A DNA stretch of 64,000 nucleotides, from the IMG/VR virus record IMGVR_UViG_3300031760_000001, positions 160,001 to 224,000 of that record; one strand, written 5' to 3'. Under the pieces are notes generated by a model. It was not told where the DNA came from. It saw nothing but the letters and a program-made list of their open reading frames with translations, and did not search any database. This document shows positions 49,952 to 59,652 of the stretch, piece by piece (positions within the stretch are counted from its first letter, which is position 1; each line of letters begins with the position of its first letter). This stretch comes from a virus. Lineage: Duplodnaviria > Caudoviricetes. The translations under genes were made by a program, and so were the position numbers.

Positions 49952-50698
49952 TTATAACAAAATCTGATTAATTCTGTTTATTTTCTCATTAACCAAAGGT
50001 TTATCATTCTTTGATTCATCTGATTCAATGAACTGAACCAAATCCTGCATGTTTTTTGCAATATAAGCATTTGGGGTACTTGGTTCAAGAACGATATCCC
50101 AACCAATAAGTTCAAAATCGTTACCAACTTCAAGAACACCAAGTCTTTCCTCAACTGAACCAACACCACGTGATGAAACACCAATCAAAATATCATTTAA
50201 TATCATGTTAGCTGCCAAGTCACCACTTGTGCCAGGAATACCGTAACGTCTGTAACCTGGAGTCAAATGTAATTCCATTTCACCAATTAAGGTATGACCT
50301 TTCCATTCCAAGTTAGTGATAACATGACTAACATCATGTCCTGAAAGTGTACTTGATTCTGGGTGGTCTAATGCACCAACAGAAGCTCTAACTCTTACTC
50401 TTTCATTGATATATTTGTCAACCTCACGTTTCAAAATCATTTCTGGGTAAACCCTGCCGTTAGCATTTTTAATTCCATATTTCTGGAAAACAGCACTTAC
50501 GATAAATTTATCAGGAATAACAAATTCCTTGTGATGCTCAATATCTTCTTTAATCTGAGCAACCATATCGCGGTTTCCGATAACATGACCTGCATCGTGT
50601 TCAATCAACAAGCCAGTACCAGTCTCACCTTTCTTTACCTCAGTGAGATTACCACGTTTGTCACCATATTTTCTTAATATTTCTTGTGTTATATACAT
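49952..50698 (-). CDS. gp21: Prohead core protease, T4 gp21-like
   Basis: KNANGRVYP, GALDHP, VSHVIT, GVSSRGVGS and DIVLEPSTPNAY. Confidence 0.93.
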   Translation of the reverse strand: MYITQEILRKYGDKRGNLTEVKKGETGTGLLIEHDAGHVIGNRDMVAQIKEDIEHHKEFVIPDKFIVSAVFQKYGIKNANGRVYPEMILKREVDKYINERVRVRASVGALDHPESSTLSGHDVSHVITNLEWKGHTLIGEMELHLTPGYRRYGIPGTSGDLAANMILNDILIGVSSRGVGSVEERLGVLEVGNDFELIGWDIVLEPSTPNAYIAKNMQDLVQFIESDESKNDKPLVNEKINRINQILL

Positions 50699-50715
50699 AA
50701 TATAATTAATCTGAA

Positions 50716-51069
50716 TTAATATTCTTCATTATATTCATCATCCCAGCCTAAATAACGATTGATGGTGTTTATGGTTCTAGTTGATAACCTTGGACTATCC
50801 TGTATATAGAAATGGTCATCATGCAACCTGTTGTCACCTCTTCTGAAATATACATATCTTGGGTCGTTTTCAGCAGTTCTGCTTTTCCATATCTGTACAT
50901 ATGCAATATCACCACTAACTTCAACATTACCATTTCTTAATCCCTGCATGAAAGCCCTGGCTTCGCTTTTCCATTGTTCTGCAGCGTCTTCATTTAACCT
51001 GATACGGTTAACGGTTTCCATAACCAGTTTTGATATATCATTTTCTGTCAATCTAATAACCTTTTTCAT
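50716..51069 (-). CDS. Tagged hypothetical protein (putative internal head protein)
   Basis: N-terminus MKKVIRLTENDISKLVMETVNRIRLNE. Confidence 0.7.
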   Translation of the reverse strand: MKKVIRLTENDISKLVMETVNRIRLNEDAAEQWKSEARAFMQGLRNGNVEVSGDIAYVQIWKSRTAENDPRYVYFRRGDNRLHDDHFYIQDSPRLSTRTINTINRYLGWDDEYNEEY

Positions 51070-51104
51070 ATTATTCTATATTAATATAATATAAATATAC
51101 TTAT

Positions 51105-51135
51105 AAAAAAAAAGTACACATTTTAGTGTGTACTT
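51105..51135 (-). terminator. Rho-independent terminator
   Basis: aagtacaca-ttttag-tgtgtactt with a long A tract on the left. Confidence 0.7.
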
Positions 51136-51141
51136 GATTAA

Positions 51142-51573
51142 TTATTTTATAATTTCAAATCCCACTTCCTTGCATTCGCTTCCGATTATTGTGTTTATTT
51201 TTCCTGTTATGTCCATTATCCCTGGTTTATACATGGCTAATGGTTGTCTGTAATTCGGTTTTACATAAACCTGATACTTAAATCTGAATGGTTTATTGTA
51301 CAAAATACCCTTTTCAGTGAAATCACAGGTGAAAATGTAATGTTCGTTTATCCAGTCAAATGTTTTGAAAACCTCACCAACTTTTTTGATGGTATTGTCT
51401 TTTAATTGTTTGGATTCTTCCTTGTAATCCTTTTTCTTTTCAAGTGGTTTAATTCTTCCTCTGACATTAATTGATATGATATCACATACCTTTTCATTCA
51501 AACTGCCGTATGTCAATGTTGTTCCGTCGTTTATGTTCTCCTTGTATTCATTGGTCAATAATCTGCTAGCCAT
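51142..51573 (-). CDS. Hypothetical protein
   Basis: 143-aa ORF with its own upstream AAAATTTGTATATT motif. Confidence 0.65.
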   Translation of the reverse strand: MASRLLTNEYKENINDGTTLTYGSLNEKVCDIISINVRGRIKPLEKKKDYKEESKQLKDNTIKKVGEVFKTFDWINEHYIFTCDFTEKGILYNKPFRFKYQVYVKPNYRQPLAMYKPGIMDITGKINTIIGSECKEVGFEIIK

Positions 51574-51596
51574 TTAAATTAATATAATACAATTAT

Positions 51597-51626
51597 TACG
51601 CGCACACGCGCACGTGCACACATATA
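51597..51626. repeat. 30-nt perfectly alternating pyrimidine-purine tract
   Basis: tacgcgcacacgcgcacgtgcacacatata inside an otherwise very AT-rich intergenic region. Confidence 0.8.
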
Positions 51627-51688
51627 ATATACAAATTTTTTTGAAATTATGTAAAATTAAGTTAAAAATGTAACCTATTAATACAAAG

Positions 51689-51717
51689 GAAGCGGACTAA
51701 ATTAAAAAGTCCGCTTC
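51689..51717 (-). terminator. Hairpin / probable terminator
   Basis: gaagcggact-aaattaaaa-agtccgcttc. Confidence 0.6.
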
Positions 51718-51747
51718 AATCATATGGGTTCGGTTTAGTTTAATAAA

Positions 51748-52146
51748 CTAATAAGTTGTAAGATTCCAGTCTGAGTCAGACACAAGATTACCATTTCTAT
51801 CAAACCATCCTTTATAATCAATCCACTTATCACCCCTTTCTAAATGCCATAAATAATCACCATCAAAATAATGGTTCTTAATATTCCTTATTTTTTGTCT
51901 GATTGGGGTAATATCGCCACCTTCATTCTCAACATCTTCAATACTATATCTTAGATTGCGTAATTCTCGGTAGGCTGCACGGATTTCTGGACGATTATCA
52001 AAATTCATATGACTTCTAGTTCTGTCTTCCTTATCTTGAGCACTTGGTATTTGTCCCATGTCGACCTCTTCTTGTATAATCCTATTCACACTTTCTCTAA
52101 TTAGGTTTTTTAATTCACTTTCCTTGAGTCTAACAACTTTCTTCAT
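51748..52146 (-). CDS. Tagged hypothetical protein (putative internal head protein)
   Basis: N-terminus MKKVVRLKESELKNLIRESVNRIIQE. Confidence 0.7.
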   Translation of the reverse strand: MKKVVRLKESELKNLIRESVNRIIQEEVDMGQIPSAQDKEDRTRSHMNFDNRPEIRAAYRELRNLRYSIEDVENEGGDITPIRQKIRNIKNHYFDGDYLWHLERGDKWIDYKGWFDRNGNLVSDSDWNLTTY

Positions 52147-52263
52147 ATAATAAATTTTGTTTTTATTCAATTATTTAATTATAAATAGTATGGACTAAAA
52201 AAAAATAAGCACCATATTTCTATGGTGCCCTTAGTATTACATCGTAATTGTTCTTTTCTTCAT

Positions 52264-53199
52264 CTAGTCTTCAATTTCATTCTTGATTTCAATGAATTCT
52301 GCGATGTCAGTCAAGGCTGTTTTTGACTCGAAAACTTTGGAATTTAGTTTATTAAGGATTTCATTCCAACTTTCAACATCCTTTCCTTCCTTGATTTGTT
52401 CATTGACCAATGAGACTACTTCTGATTTGTATTTGCTGAATAATTTCTTGGCTTTCATTGGGTCGTTGACTTCCATAACCAACTTCATTTCATCTTCGTT
52501 AAGTTCGTTTTCATGTTTTCTGACAACTTCGTTAACTTTTTCATCATACAGTTCGTCAATGTTTTTGGATTCAGTTAGCATAGTGTTGTTTTCAGTAACA
52601 TACTCACATAACTTGTGTTGGATTTCATTGTATTTGTTGATGTTCTTGAAGTCCTTGTTGTGTAGAATCAGATATTCGATATTCTCGAAAAGCTCAATTT
52701 CATTGTCATCAACACTAATGTTTTCATTCAGTTTATACTCTTTGAATAGGTTGATAAGTTTTTCATTGTTCTCGCGGATGGTTTTCTTTGAATAACGAGT
52801 GATAAGTGACATAGCTTCATTAACGTATTCATCTGGATTCTCAACATTGGTTGGATTTGTGAAAGCGTTGTAAGCGTTGAACTCGTCGTTAAGAACCTTG
52901 TTCTCGCGGATAAGACCCATTATTTTCTTTAATTTTTTCTGGCTTGCTTTATTACTCAACAATTGTCTGGTGTTTGATTCAAAAATCTTGTAAATCATAC
53001 CAAAATTCCTATTCCCGCCATACCTTAAAGAAATTTTGCCTTCATCCGTGTTAGCACGGGTGTTGGCTTCAGTCAAAAAACTACCAGCTTCCTGGTAAGC
53101 CTTGTACGCTTTTGCGTATTCCCCATTCTCATAGCGTTTCAAGGCTTCATTCAACAATTTAATGCCTTTATCGATGTTTATACTGATTTCGTTAGTCAT
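52264..53199 (-). CDS. Hypothetical helical protein in the head module
   Basis: 311-aa ORF directly downstream of the portal gene. Confidence 0.65.
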   Translation of the reverse strand: MTNEISINIDKGIKLLNEALKRYENGEYAKAYKAYQEAGSFLTEANTRANTDEGKISLRYGGNRNFGMIYKIFESNTRQLLSNKASQKKLKKIMGLIRENKVLNDEFNAYNAFTNPTNVENPDEYVNEAMSLITRYSKKTIRENNEKLINLFKEYKLNENISVDDNEIELFENIEYLILHNKDFKNINKYNEIQHKLCEYVTENNTMLTESKNIDELYDEKVNEVVRKHENELNEDEMKLVMEVNDPMKAKKLFSKYKSEVVSLVNEQIKEGKDVESWNEILNKLNSKVFESKTALTDIAEFIEIKNEIED

Positions 53200-53235
53200 A
53201 GCTTTAATTTATTTATATATAAATATTGTGATTCT

Positions 53236-55287
53236 TTATTTTTTTTCATCGGTTATGTGCTTCTCCAAACCTTTCGCAATTGAATTAAGTTCCTCATTCA
53301 CCAGGAAACTTTTCTTATACAACGGTGTATTCAATTCCTGTCTTTCCCTTTCTTTCGCTTCATTCACTTTTTTCAAGAGCAAATGCTGATAATGTTTGGT
53401 TTTAGTCATAAGGTCTTTTTTAACTGTTTTCTGCTCGTTTATGGTTTTCTTCATCAATCGGTCGAAAAAGATTTCATTCAATGGCTCAGCACTTTCACTA
53501 CCACTGTCATCACCACCTTCTGATGCTGCTGCATCATCCATAGACATGTCACCCTCGGCACCAGTCATTTCGCCACCCATATCATCGCCAAGGCCACCAT
53601 CGTCTAATCCTCCAGGCATTCCACCGCCAGGCATTCCGCCTCCGCCTCCCATGTCATCTTCCTGTCCTTGACCGCCAGCTGTGTCGCTATATTCAGCGCC
53701 AGGTTCACCATAAAGGTTGTCAACCTTGTCAAACAATCCAGTGCGTTTGATAATCATTATTGTCTTTTCAAGTTCAGCAGCCAAAGCCTTTTCAAGTCTC
53801 AATTCTTCAAGGTTGTCACTAATCTGTTTGTCACTCCAGCCAAGAATCTCTTTCTGGGCACGGGTAATTGAGTACAACGGCAATCCGCCACCTGGGTCAG
53901 CAACCGCACTTTTAGCCATTTCAATTTTCTTGCTTAAATTGTCAAGTTCCATCATTTCAGCCTGTGATGAAGGGTTGTTCATTGTCAAACTGAAATTGGT
54001 AAGGTCATCCTCAAAACCAAGCAAATACAAATGGATGATACACACTTTGGTAAGTTCCATAAGCATCATCTGCTGCACTCGGTTTATTGTTTTGGTAAAC
54101 CTGACATCCAACAATGAAAGGTTTTTGCCATCACCAGCAACCTCCTCAAAATTAATGAACGGTTTTGGAACCCTTAACGCTGTGCAAAGTTTATTCTGGA
54201 CAAATTTAATGTCATCCATTGCGGTAAGGTTGTTACCAGCGGACAATGTTTCAATAGGATTCGGTTCACTTGGGTCACGTACTGGAATAAAATAATCATC
54301 CATATTGGACAATATGTTTCTTCTCAAGTCAATCTGACCAGTCAACGGGTCATAAATTGGAGTTCTTTTGAAGTTATTGGCAACCTCATCCATATATGCT
54401 GGAACATCCTGCTCGTCAATTGCGCCCACGTTGACCTTGAACACACGTCTTTCAACTGAACGTTCAAGACGGTACATAAGCATCATATCCTCCATCATTG
54501 AAAGCATACGCCAGTGACGACGGGCTTTATTCAAAGCACTTACGCCATATGGCAAATACAATGAGTCATAAAGGAGTCTGAAATGTGCAATCTGCCAGTT
54601 CCTGTAAGGGGTAAATTCGTTCTTTCCAACCCAGATGAATTTTGTTGAATCTGGTAAATCCACATCAATGTTAGCCACGTTAGCGAATCCTGAACTGTAT
54701 GGATTATCCATACCATTCTCAAAACGCTGCATCTCATATACTGGAAGCTGTTTCCATCCAATGATACCGTTATCCTCTGTTATGTTCAAGAGCATAAATG
54801 TATTACCGTACTTGACAGTGCTTCTTGTAATCATAGGGAATATGATGTCAGCTGACAGACGGTTATATATCAAATCTTCAAGGATTGATTTGATACGTTC
54901 TGATTTCGATGTGACATTAATCATCATACCATTTGGTTTGATGTATGTTGCCTCTTCCATATATATATCTAGGGCTGCACCGATTTCAGGGAACAAGTCC
55001 ATCATATCGGCTTCCCTGTACATCATCTGCACCTCAGTCATGTTGGCTAGGGCATTGTTCTGGGTTTCATACTGAGCCCTTTTCCATTGTTTAGCTAATA
55101 ACCTCTGTTGTCTTAACTGAGTCAGCTTTTGTGTATAGTCTTCCTTTGACCTGGTTGTGTATATCACGTCATTACTACCAAGCCCAGCGTAATTATGAAT
55201 ACTACGGCTGTAGTTGGTAGAAGTTGGTGATGGTATCGCTGTTCCACCGCCAAAGGTCTTGTTTAATCTCTGAAATATAGTTGGCAT
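53236..55287 (-). CDS. gp20: Portal protein, T4 gp20-like
   Basis: YR..D..PEI..ALDI..EE, L.MMEDMMLMYRLERSVERRVFKVNVG, DYFIPVR, IETL..G.NL..MDDIKF...L..ALRVP. Confidence 0.95.
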   Translation of the reverse strand: MPTIFQRLNKTFGGGTAIPSPTSTNYSRSIHNYAGLGSNDVIYTTRSKEDYTQKLTQLRQQRLLAKQWKRAQYETQNNALANMTEVQMMYREADMMDLFPEIGAALDIYMEEATYIKPNGMMINVTSKSERIKSILEDLIYNRLSADIIFPMITRSTVKYGNTFMLLNITEDNGIIGWKQLPVYEMQRFENGMDNPYSSGFANVANIDVDLPDSTKFIWVGKNEFTPYRNWQIAHFRLLYDSLYLPYGVSALNKARRHWRMLSMMEDMMLMYRLERSVERRVFKVNVGAIDEQDVPAYMDEVANNFKRTPIYDPLTGQIDLRRNILSNMDDYFIPVRDPSEPNPIETLSAGNNLTAMDDIKFVQNKLCTALRVPKPFINFEEVAGDGKNLSLLDVRFTKTINRVQQMMLMELTKVCIIHLYLLGFEDDLTNFSLTMNNPSSQAEMMELDNLSKKIEMAKSAVADPGGGLPLYSITRAQKEILGWSDKQISDNLEELRLEKALAAELEKTIMIIKRTGLFDKVDNLYGEPGAEYSDTAGGQGQEDDMGGGGGMPGGGMPGGLDDGGLGDDMGGEMTGAEGDMSMDDAAASEGGDDSGSESAEPLNEIFFDRLMKKTINEQKTVKKDLMTKTKHYQHLLLKKVNEAKERERQELNTPLYKKSFLVNEELNSIAKGLEKHITDEKK

Positions 55288-55307
55288 TTTAATAAAATAT
55301 TATATTA

Positions 55308-55315
55308 TATAAATA
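55308..55315 (-). promoter_or_regulatory. TATTTATA putative late-promoter element (portal gene)
   Basis: 20 nt upstream of the portal start on the coding strand. Confidence 0.65.
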
Positions 55316-55428
55316 TAATGAATCTTAAACTAATAAACAAGTAGTTTTATGTATATATCAGTTTTTATGATAAGATTCACAGAATGTGACTATTTATAAT
55401 TAAATAACAAATAAATTTGAATTATAGT

Positions 55429-56061
55429 ATGAAACAAACAATACGACTCACGGAAAACGAACTAACAGAGCTCATTAAGGAAAGTGTGTATAGAATGTTG
55501 AATGAAAAGGTTAACGAATTTAATGATTGGAAAGCGCAGATGCTCTATGGAGGAAGTACCAAGGATTATGAAGGTAATCCGACCAACTTCAAAAACTTTG
55601 ATGGTATTGACAAGGCTAATAAAATAGCAAAGGGTCAGTATAATGCCGACGCAGCTGGTTCAGACTATGTTGATACGTCAAAGGATTACAACACACTGCA
55701 GCTTGACCCTAATTATGGGTTCATGCAGAGTAGTGAGAACGGTCAAAATGGACGCACACATAATTATTTCACTATACGTGCTCCAAAGACATACGGGAAA
55801 AATGACCGTGGTGAGATGTCATACAACAGTAATAACAATGCCGTAGGTGGTGGTGAATACATGGGCAACATGAAAACCAATAAAGCTAAGAATTTCCAGC
55901 AGAGGCTTGGTAATGACATGATAGACTATTATAACGGTAATTATAAAGAAAGGTTAAAGCAAAAATCATCACAACTTGGAAACGCAAACAGTGGTCAAGA
56001 TTTTACTCCTAAAGTTTTAAAGGAGGCTGTTTCCCGTGCCATCCGAAATTATCTTTATTAA
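55429..56061 (+). CDS. Doubly tagged hypothetical protein inserted antisense between portal and terminase
   Basis: N-terminus MKQTIRLTENELTELIKESVYRMLNE; C-terminus VLKEAVSRAIRNYLY. Confidence 0.7.
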   Translation: MKQTIRLTENELTELIKESVYRMLNEKVNEFNDWKAQMLYGGSTKDYEGNPTNFKNFDGIDKANKIAKGQYNADAAGSDYVDTSKDYNTLQLDPNYGFMQSSENGQNGRTHNYFTIRAPKTYGKNDRGEMSYNSNNNAVGGGEYMGNMKTNKAKNFQQRLGNDMIDYYNGNYKERLKQKSSQLGNANSGQDFTPKVLKEAVSRAIRNYLY

Positions 56062-56073
56062 TCAATCTACTAT

Positions 56074-57966
56074 TTATTGTTTCTTCCTGAAACCAGCCAA
56101 CATCATCATTGCCACAAGCTGTTTCTGTCTGCGTTTGTCCGCATTTGATGAAGTGTAGAAAGGCATTGGGGTCGGCTTTGAAATCAATGTATTGTTTTCT
56201 TCCATTGCTGCTGTTTTGTTTTTCCTGAAAACATTGTTTGTCCTGAATGATGTTAATATCTGTTTCGACAAAGCCTTGTCCTTGTCGTTCTTGATTACAT
56301 AGAACTGTATTACAAACAAAGCCATAGCCAGACAAGTCAAACTGTCATCATGACAACCGTCCATATGGTCAGGTCTTCCGTTCTTCCAAATCCAGGTATC
56401 CATTTCAGTAATGACACGGGTGCTTCTGACTCTGAAAACATTCTCTTTCAACATAGCGACAAAATTGCCAATCATCTGTACACGCACTGCGTTGGTTCTG
56501 AAGCCAGGAAGTTTGTCACCTGGTTTGATATTGAATGTTGAATAAGCCTTTTCAACTGTATATGTCTTCAATCCTGGGTCATCATAATAGATGTTTTTAT
56601 ACTTCTTAGCCATTAACGTCAATATGATAGCATCACCATAACCACCGATACATTCAACAACAACTAGCGCGTTATTAAATGCTGTGGCATAGTTATATAC
56701 AATTTCACCAATTTCATCACCAGTACGTTTGCCGTAATATTCCAGTACCTGGTCGAAGTATGGCATACCTGTTTCCTCATCAATAGCATCAATATCTATA
56801 ATTTCGATTGCGGTTCGGTCTTCTGCTGAACCCGAAGAAGCGTCAATTGCACAGACATATCTATGACCAGGTATTGGGTCTTTCCAAATCCAGGTTTCCT
56901 TGACAAACGGGTCCCAGAGTTCCCAATTATCAATCTTCGTAACATCAACCACATTTTGTCTCATATGGGCTTCAATTACATTGACTGGTATAACGTTATC
57001 CGATGAACCAAGGAATGACACATCCAACTCCTGGGCAATTTTCTGCTCGTCGTTGTTGAACGATTTACACATTTTGGTATACCACGGACTTTCAGGCAAC
57101 CATCCCTCACGTTCAAGTCTGCGCCATCTTTCCTCATCATATGGTATTTCACCGTTTGGTCCTATCACTGGGTCAACATCCCATTCAATTTCACCAGTCT
57201 TTTCATTTTTACGTGACCATTTCAAATTCCTTTGATAACGCAAGTCCTGGAACCACTTGAATTCAACTGCGTGATAGTTGTTCTTGTGTGTCAGAGCCTG
57301 TTCATAAGTTCTGTAATACAACTGGTCTTTACCATTAGGCGTAGAAACCATTATAATTTTAGCGTGTTTTACTGAAGCTGTTGCAGCAACAGCTTGTGAA
57401 TATACGGCAGGACCGTTCTCAATGAACGCTGCCTCATCAAATATAAGGATTGATACAGCCGAGATACCACGGGCTGCGTTAGGACCTGATGAACGGGCAT
57501 ATACCTTACATCCGTTAAATAATTCAATTTTATCCTTGTTTCTTGTCTTGAATATTGATTTAGTGTTTTTCTCACTGTTCGGGTCTGGTGACCAGAATTC
57601 ACTGCCCCACATCCATCTTGGAACCTGGGCAATGAAATAACTTAATTTTTCAAGCAACTGTTCAGAAATATCAAGTTTGTTACCAATACACAATATAGTT
57701 TCTGGAGCATCTTTCTTGGCAAAAACACACTGTGCCGTCGCCCAGGCAGCGGATACTGTTGTGATACCAGCCTGACGGTGTTTAATTGCAATTGTGTTGT
57801 CGTTTTCACATATGCTTTTGAGAAATTCATACTGTCTTGGGAATACCTTGAATGGCACTTCATGACCTTCATCAGCACTGAATGTTGAAAGGTAGTGCTC
57901 AATGAAATATTTTCTTGTCTTGTCGTTGTAGCATTTCAGATATTCCTCTTTAAAATTAAACGCCAT
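56074..57966 (-). CDS. terL: Terminase large subunit, T4 gp17-like
   Basis: Q-motif FPRQ, Walker A KHRQAGITT, Walker B LIFDEAAF, motif III STPNG, nuclease IDASSG...D and HDD. Confidence 0.95.
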   Translation of the reverse strand: MAFNFKEEYLKCYNDKTRKYFIEHYLSTFSADEGHEVPFKVFPRQYEFLKSICENDNTIAIKHRQAGITTVSAAWATAQCVFAKKDAPETILCIGNKLDISEQLLEKLSYFIAQVPRWMWGSEFWSPDPNSEKNTKSIFKTRNKDKIELFNGCKVYARSSGPNAARGISAVSILIFDEAAFIENGPAVYSQAVAATASVKHAKIIMVSTPNGKDQLYYRTYEQALTHKNNYHAVEFKWFQDLRYQRNLKWSRKNEKTGEIEWDVDPVIGPNGEIPYDEERWRRLEREGWLPESPWYTKMCKSFNNDEQKIAQELDVSFLGSSDNVIPVNVIEAHMRQNVVDVTKIDNWELWDPFVKETWIWKDPIPGHRYVCAIDASSGSAEDRTAIEIIDIDAIDEETGMPYFDQVLEYYGKRTGDEIGEIVYNYATAFNNALVVVECIGGYGDAIILTLMAKKYKNIYYDDPGLKTYTVEKAYSTFNIKPGDKLPGFRTNAVRVQMIGNFVAMLKENVFRVRSTRVITEMDTWIWKNGRPDHMDGCHDDSLTCLAMALFVIQFYVIKNDKDKALSKQILTSFRTNNVFRKNKTAAMEENNTLISKPTPMPFYTSSNADKRRQKQLVAMMMLAGFRKKQ

Positions 57967-58009
57967 AAAAATTTGATTTAGTTAATTATTCCAAATTTTG
58001 CAAAATTTA

Positions 58010-58017
58010 TATAAATA
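58010..58017 (-). promoter_or_regulatory. TATTTATA putative late-promoter element (terminase gene)
   Basis: ACTATTTATA on the coding strand, 43 nt upstream of the start. Confidence 0.6.
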
Positions 58018-58037
58018 GTGGCGTTTTTCAAAAAATG

Positions 58038-59171
58038 TTAATTTTGCTCAATTTCTTTCAAAAGTTCAGCTGCTGTATATTCATTGTTGTCGTTAATTGA
58101 ATACTTTGAATTATTAACTTGAACAAAGTTGTCAAAGTCATCAGCTTCTTTGTTATATTGTATGGTATCAATAAGTTCTTTTGTCATTGACAAACCCTTT
58201 TTAGTTTGCTTAAATGCGTTTTGTAGATACAAATTGAATATTTCAGGTTTTAATCTGGAAAGTTCCATTATAATGAAATTTGAACCAGTTTCATCCAGGT
58301 TTCCACCACAATTTTCAATGTCAGACATAAGTATACTCCATAAAGGAATGCCAAGTCTCATATCCCAATTTTCAGCTAATCTATAATCAGCTTTTTTCAA
58401 AATATAGTCGATTTTGTCCTCATCATCTGGCAATCCCTGCTGTGCTGCTGTTTCAAACAAACCCCTGACGGTATATTCCAAAAGAACTGGAAAAATTATA
58501 CCTTCAGCATCAATTTTGATTCTCTCGCCATTATTACCAATATACACATCCACTTTACCACTGCAACATCTTTCAATGCTTTTTATTGTATCTGGTTGAT
58601 TATACAACAAAGCTATATTGTATTTGGTTATTTCAGCATACAAAGGAACCAGTCTTGGATTTATTTTATAAACCTCACGAATATAATATTCAATATTGGT
58701 TCCGTAATACATTGATGCGCCAGTAATTAAAGCATTCACCATCCTCCTCTTGTATATTTCATCGCTTAAATATCTCATTTCATCAATATCATTGAATGAG
58801 AAGTCTGATGTTGCCTCAGGTGTCATCCTGTACTTTGACATATCACATTCTTCAACCAAATGTGACTCAATGTCAATGGTGTCCTCTGGTATATCGAAAA
58901 TAGTTGCACAAACGTCAGCACATAATTTTTCAAGCGCTTCCTTGTTAGTTGATTCAATTTTCTGGCACTCAGTTAAAAGTTCACTTAGTTTTTTTGCAAT
59001 TTCTTTAGTTGACATTTCCTGACCTTCAAATGCTGACATTACACGATTGTACTGAGTTTTCAAAAGAAAACCAATAAATGTCTCTTCCTCTTCTGGAGGA
59101 AATGCTGGATGGTCACCCAATGATGTGGTGTTGTTCTTAATAGCTTGTATTAAAAAATCAGGTAGTTTCAT
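58038..59171 (-). CDS. Hypothetical protein upstream of terL
   Basis: 377-aa ORF coupled to the upstream gene by a stop/start overlap. Confidence 0.65.
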   Translation of the reverse strand: MKLPDFLIQAIKNNTTSLGDHPAFPPEEEETFIGFLLKTQYNRVMSAFEGQEMSTKEIAKKLSELLTECQKIESTNKEALEKLCADVCATIFDIPEDTIDIESHLVEECDMSKYRMTPEATSDFSFNDIDEMRYLSDEIYKRRMVNALITGASMYYGTNIEYYIREVYKINPRLVPLYAEITKYNIALLYNQPDTIKSIERCCSGKVDVYIGNNGERIKIDAEGIIFPVLLEYTVRGLFETAAQQGLPDDEDKIDYILKKADYRLAENWDMRLGIPLWSILMSDIENCGGNLDETGSNFIIMELSRLKPEIFNLYLQNAFKQTKKGLSMTKELIDTIQYNKEADDFDNFVQVNNSKYSINDNNEYTAAELLKEIEQN

Positions 59172-59563
59172 TATCTCAGAAATTTTTCAATGGTAACTAA
59201 TTTTGAATTCTCTTTCAGTTTTCTCAAACGGATTTCATCCAACTGTTTTTTAGAAATTATAACAGATTCAAGTTTAGAATCACCACCAACGGTTATTGTT
59301 TGTTGTTTGTTATCATTATCTGGGTCAGCATTAATTGAAACATCATTATTAATGTTTGAGTTATTTGGAACCTTTTCAGCTGCCTTTGTTGCAGCAACAA
59401 TGGCGTTGCCAATTTGACCTGCTGTTTTTGGTGTTGTATTACCAGGGGTATTGTAATGAAGTGACAAACTACCGCCGTTTGGGTCAAGAACCTCTTCCAG
59501 GTTTTCTTTGATAATGTTTCTAATCTCTTTATCCTGTTGCTCACTAATTTTAATCTTTTTCAT
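59171..59563 (-). CDS. Tagged small protein
   Basis: N-terminus MKKIKISEQQDKEIRNIIKENLEE. Confidence 0.6.
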   Translation of the reverse strand: MKKIKISEQQDKEIRNIIKENLEEVLDPNGGSLSLHYNTPGNTTPKTAGQIGNAIVAATKAAEKVPNNSNINNDVSINADPDNDNKQQTITVGGDSKLESVIISKKQLDEIRLRKLKENSKLVTIEKFLR

Positions 59564-59603
59564 TTTAAAAAACGTTTTATTATAAATATATTCAATTTAA
59601 TAA

Positions 59604-59641
59604 AAATAAAAAAGCCTCTGTTTTAAAGAGGCTTTTTATTT
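59604..59641. terminator. Rho-independent terminator
   Basis: aaaaagcctct-gtttta-aagaggcttttt. Confidence 0.8.
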
Positions 59642-59652
59642 GTAATCATTTT

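Noticed and set aside
56074-57966. Inactive terminase because Walker A reads RQAGITT rather than GKT
   Set aside because: All other ATPase and nuclease motifs are intact, and RQxG[IL]T/S variants occur in large-phage terminases.
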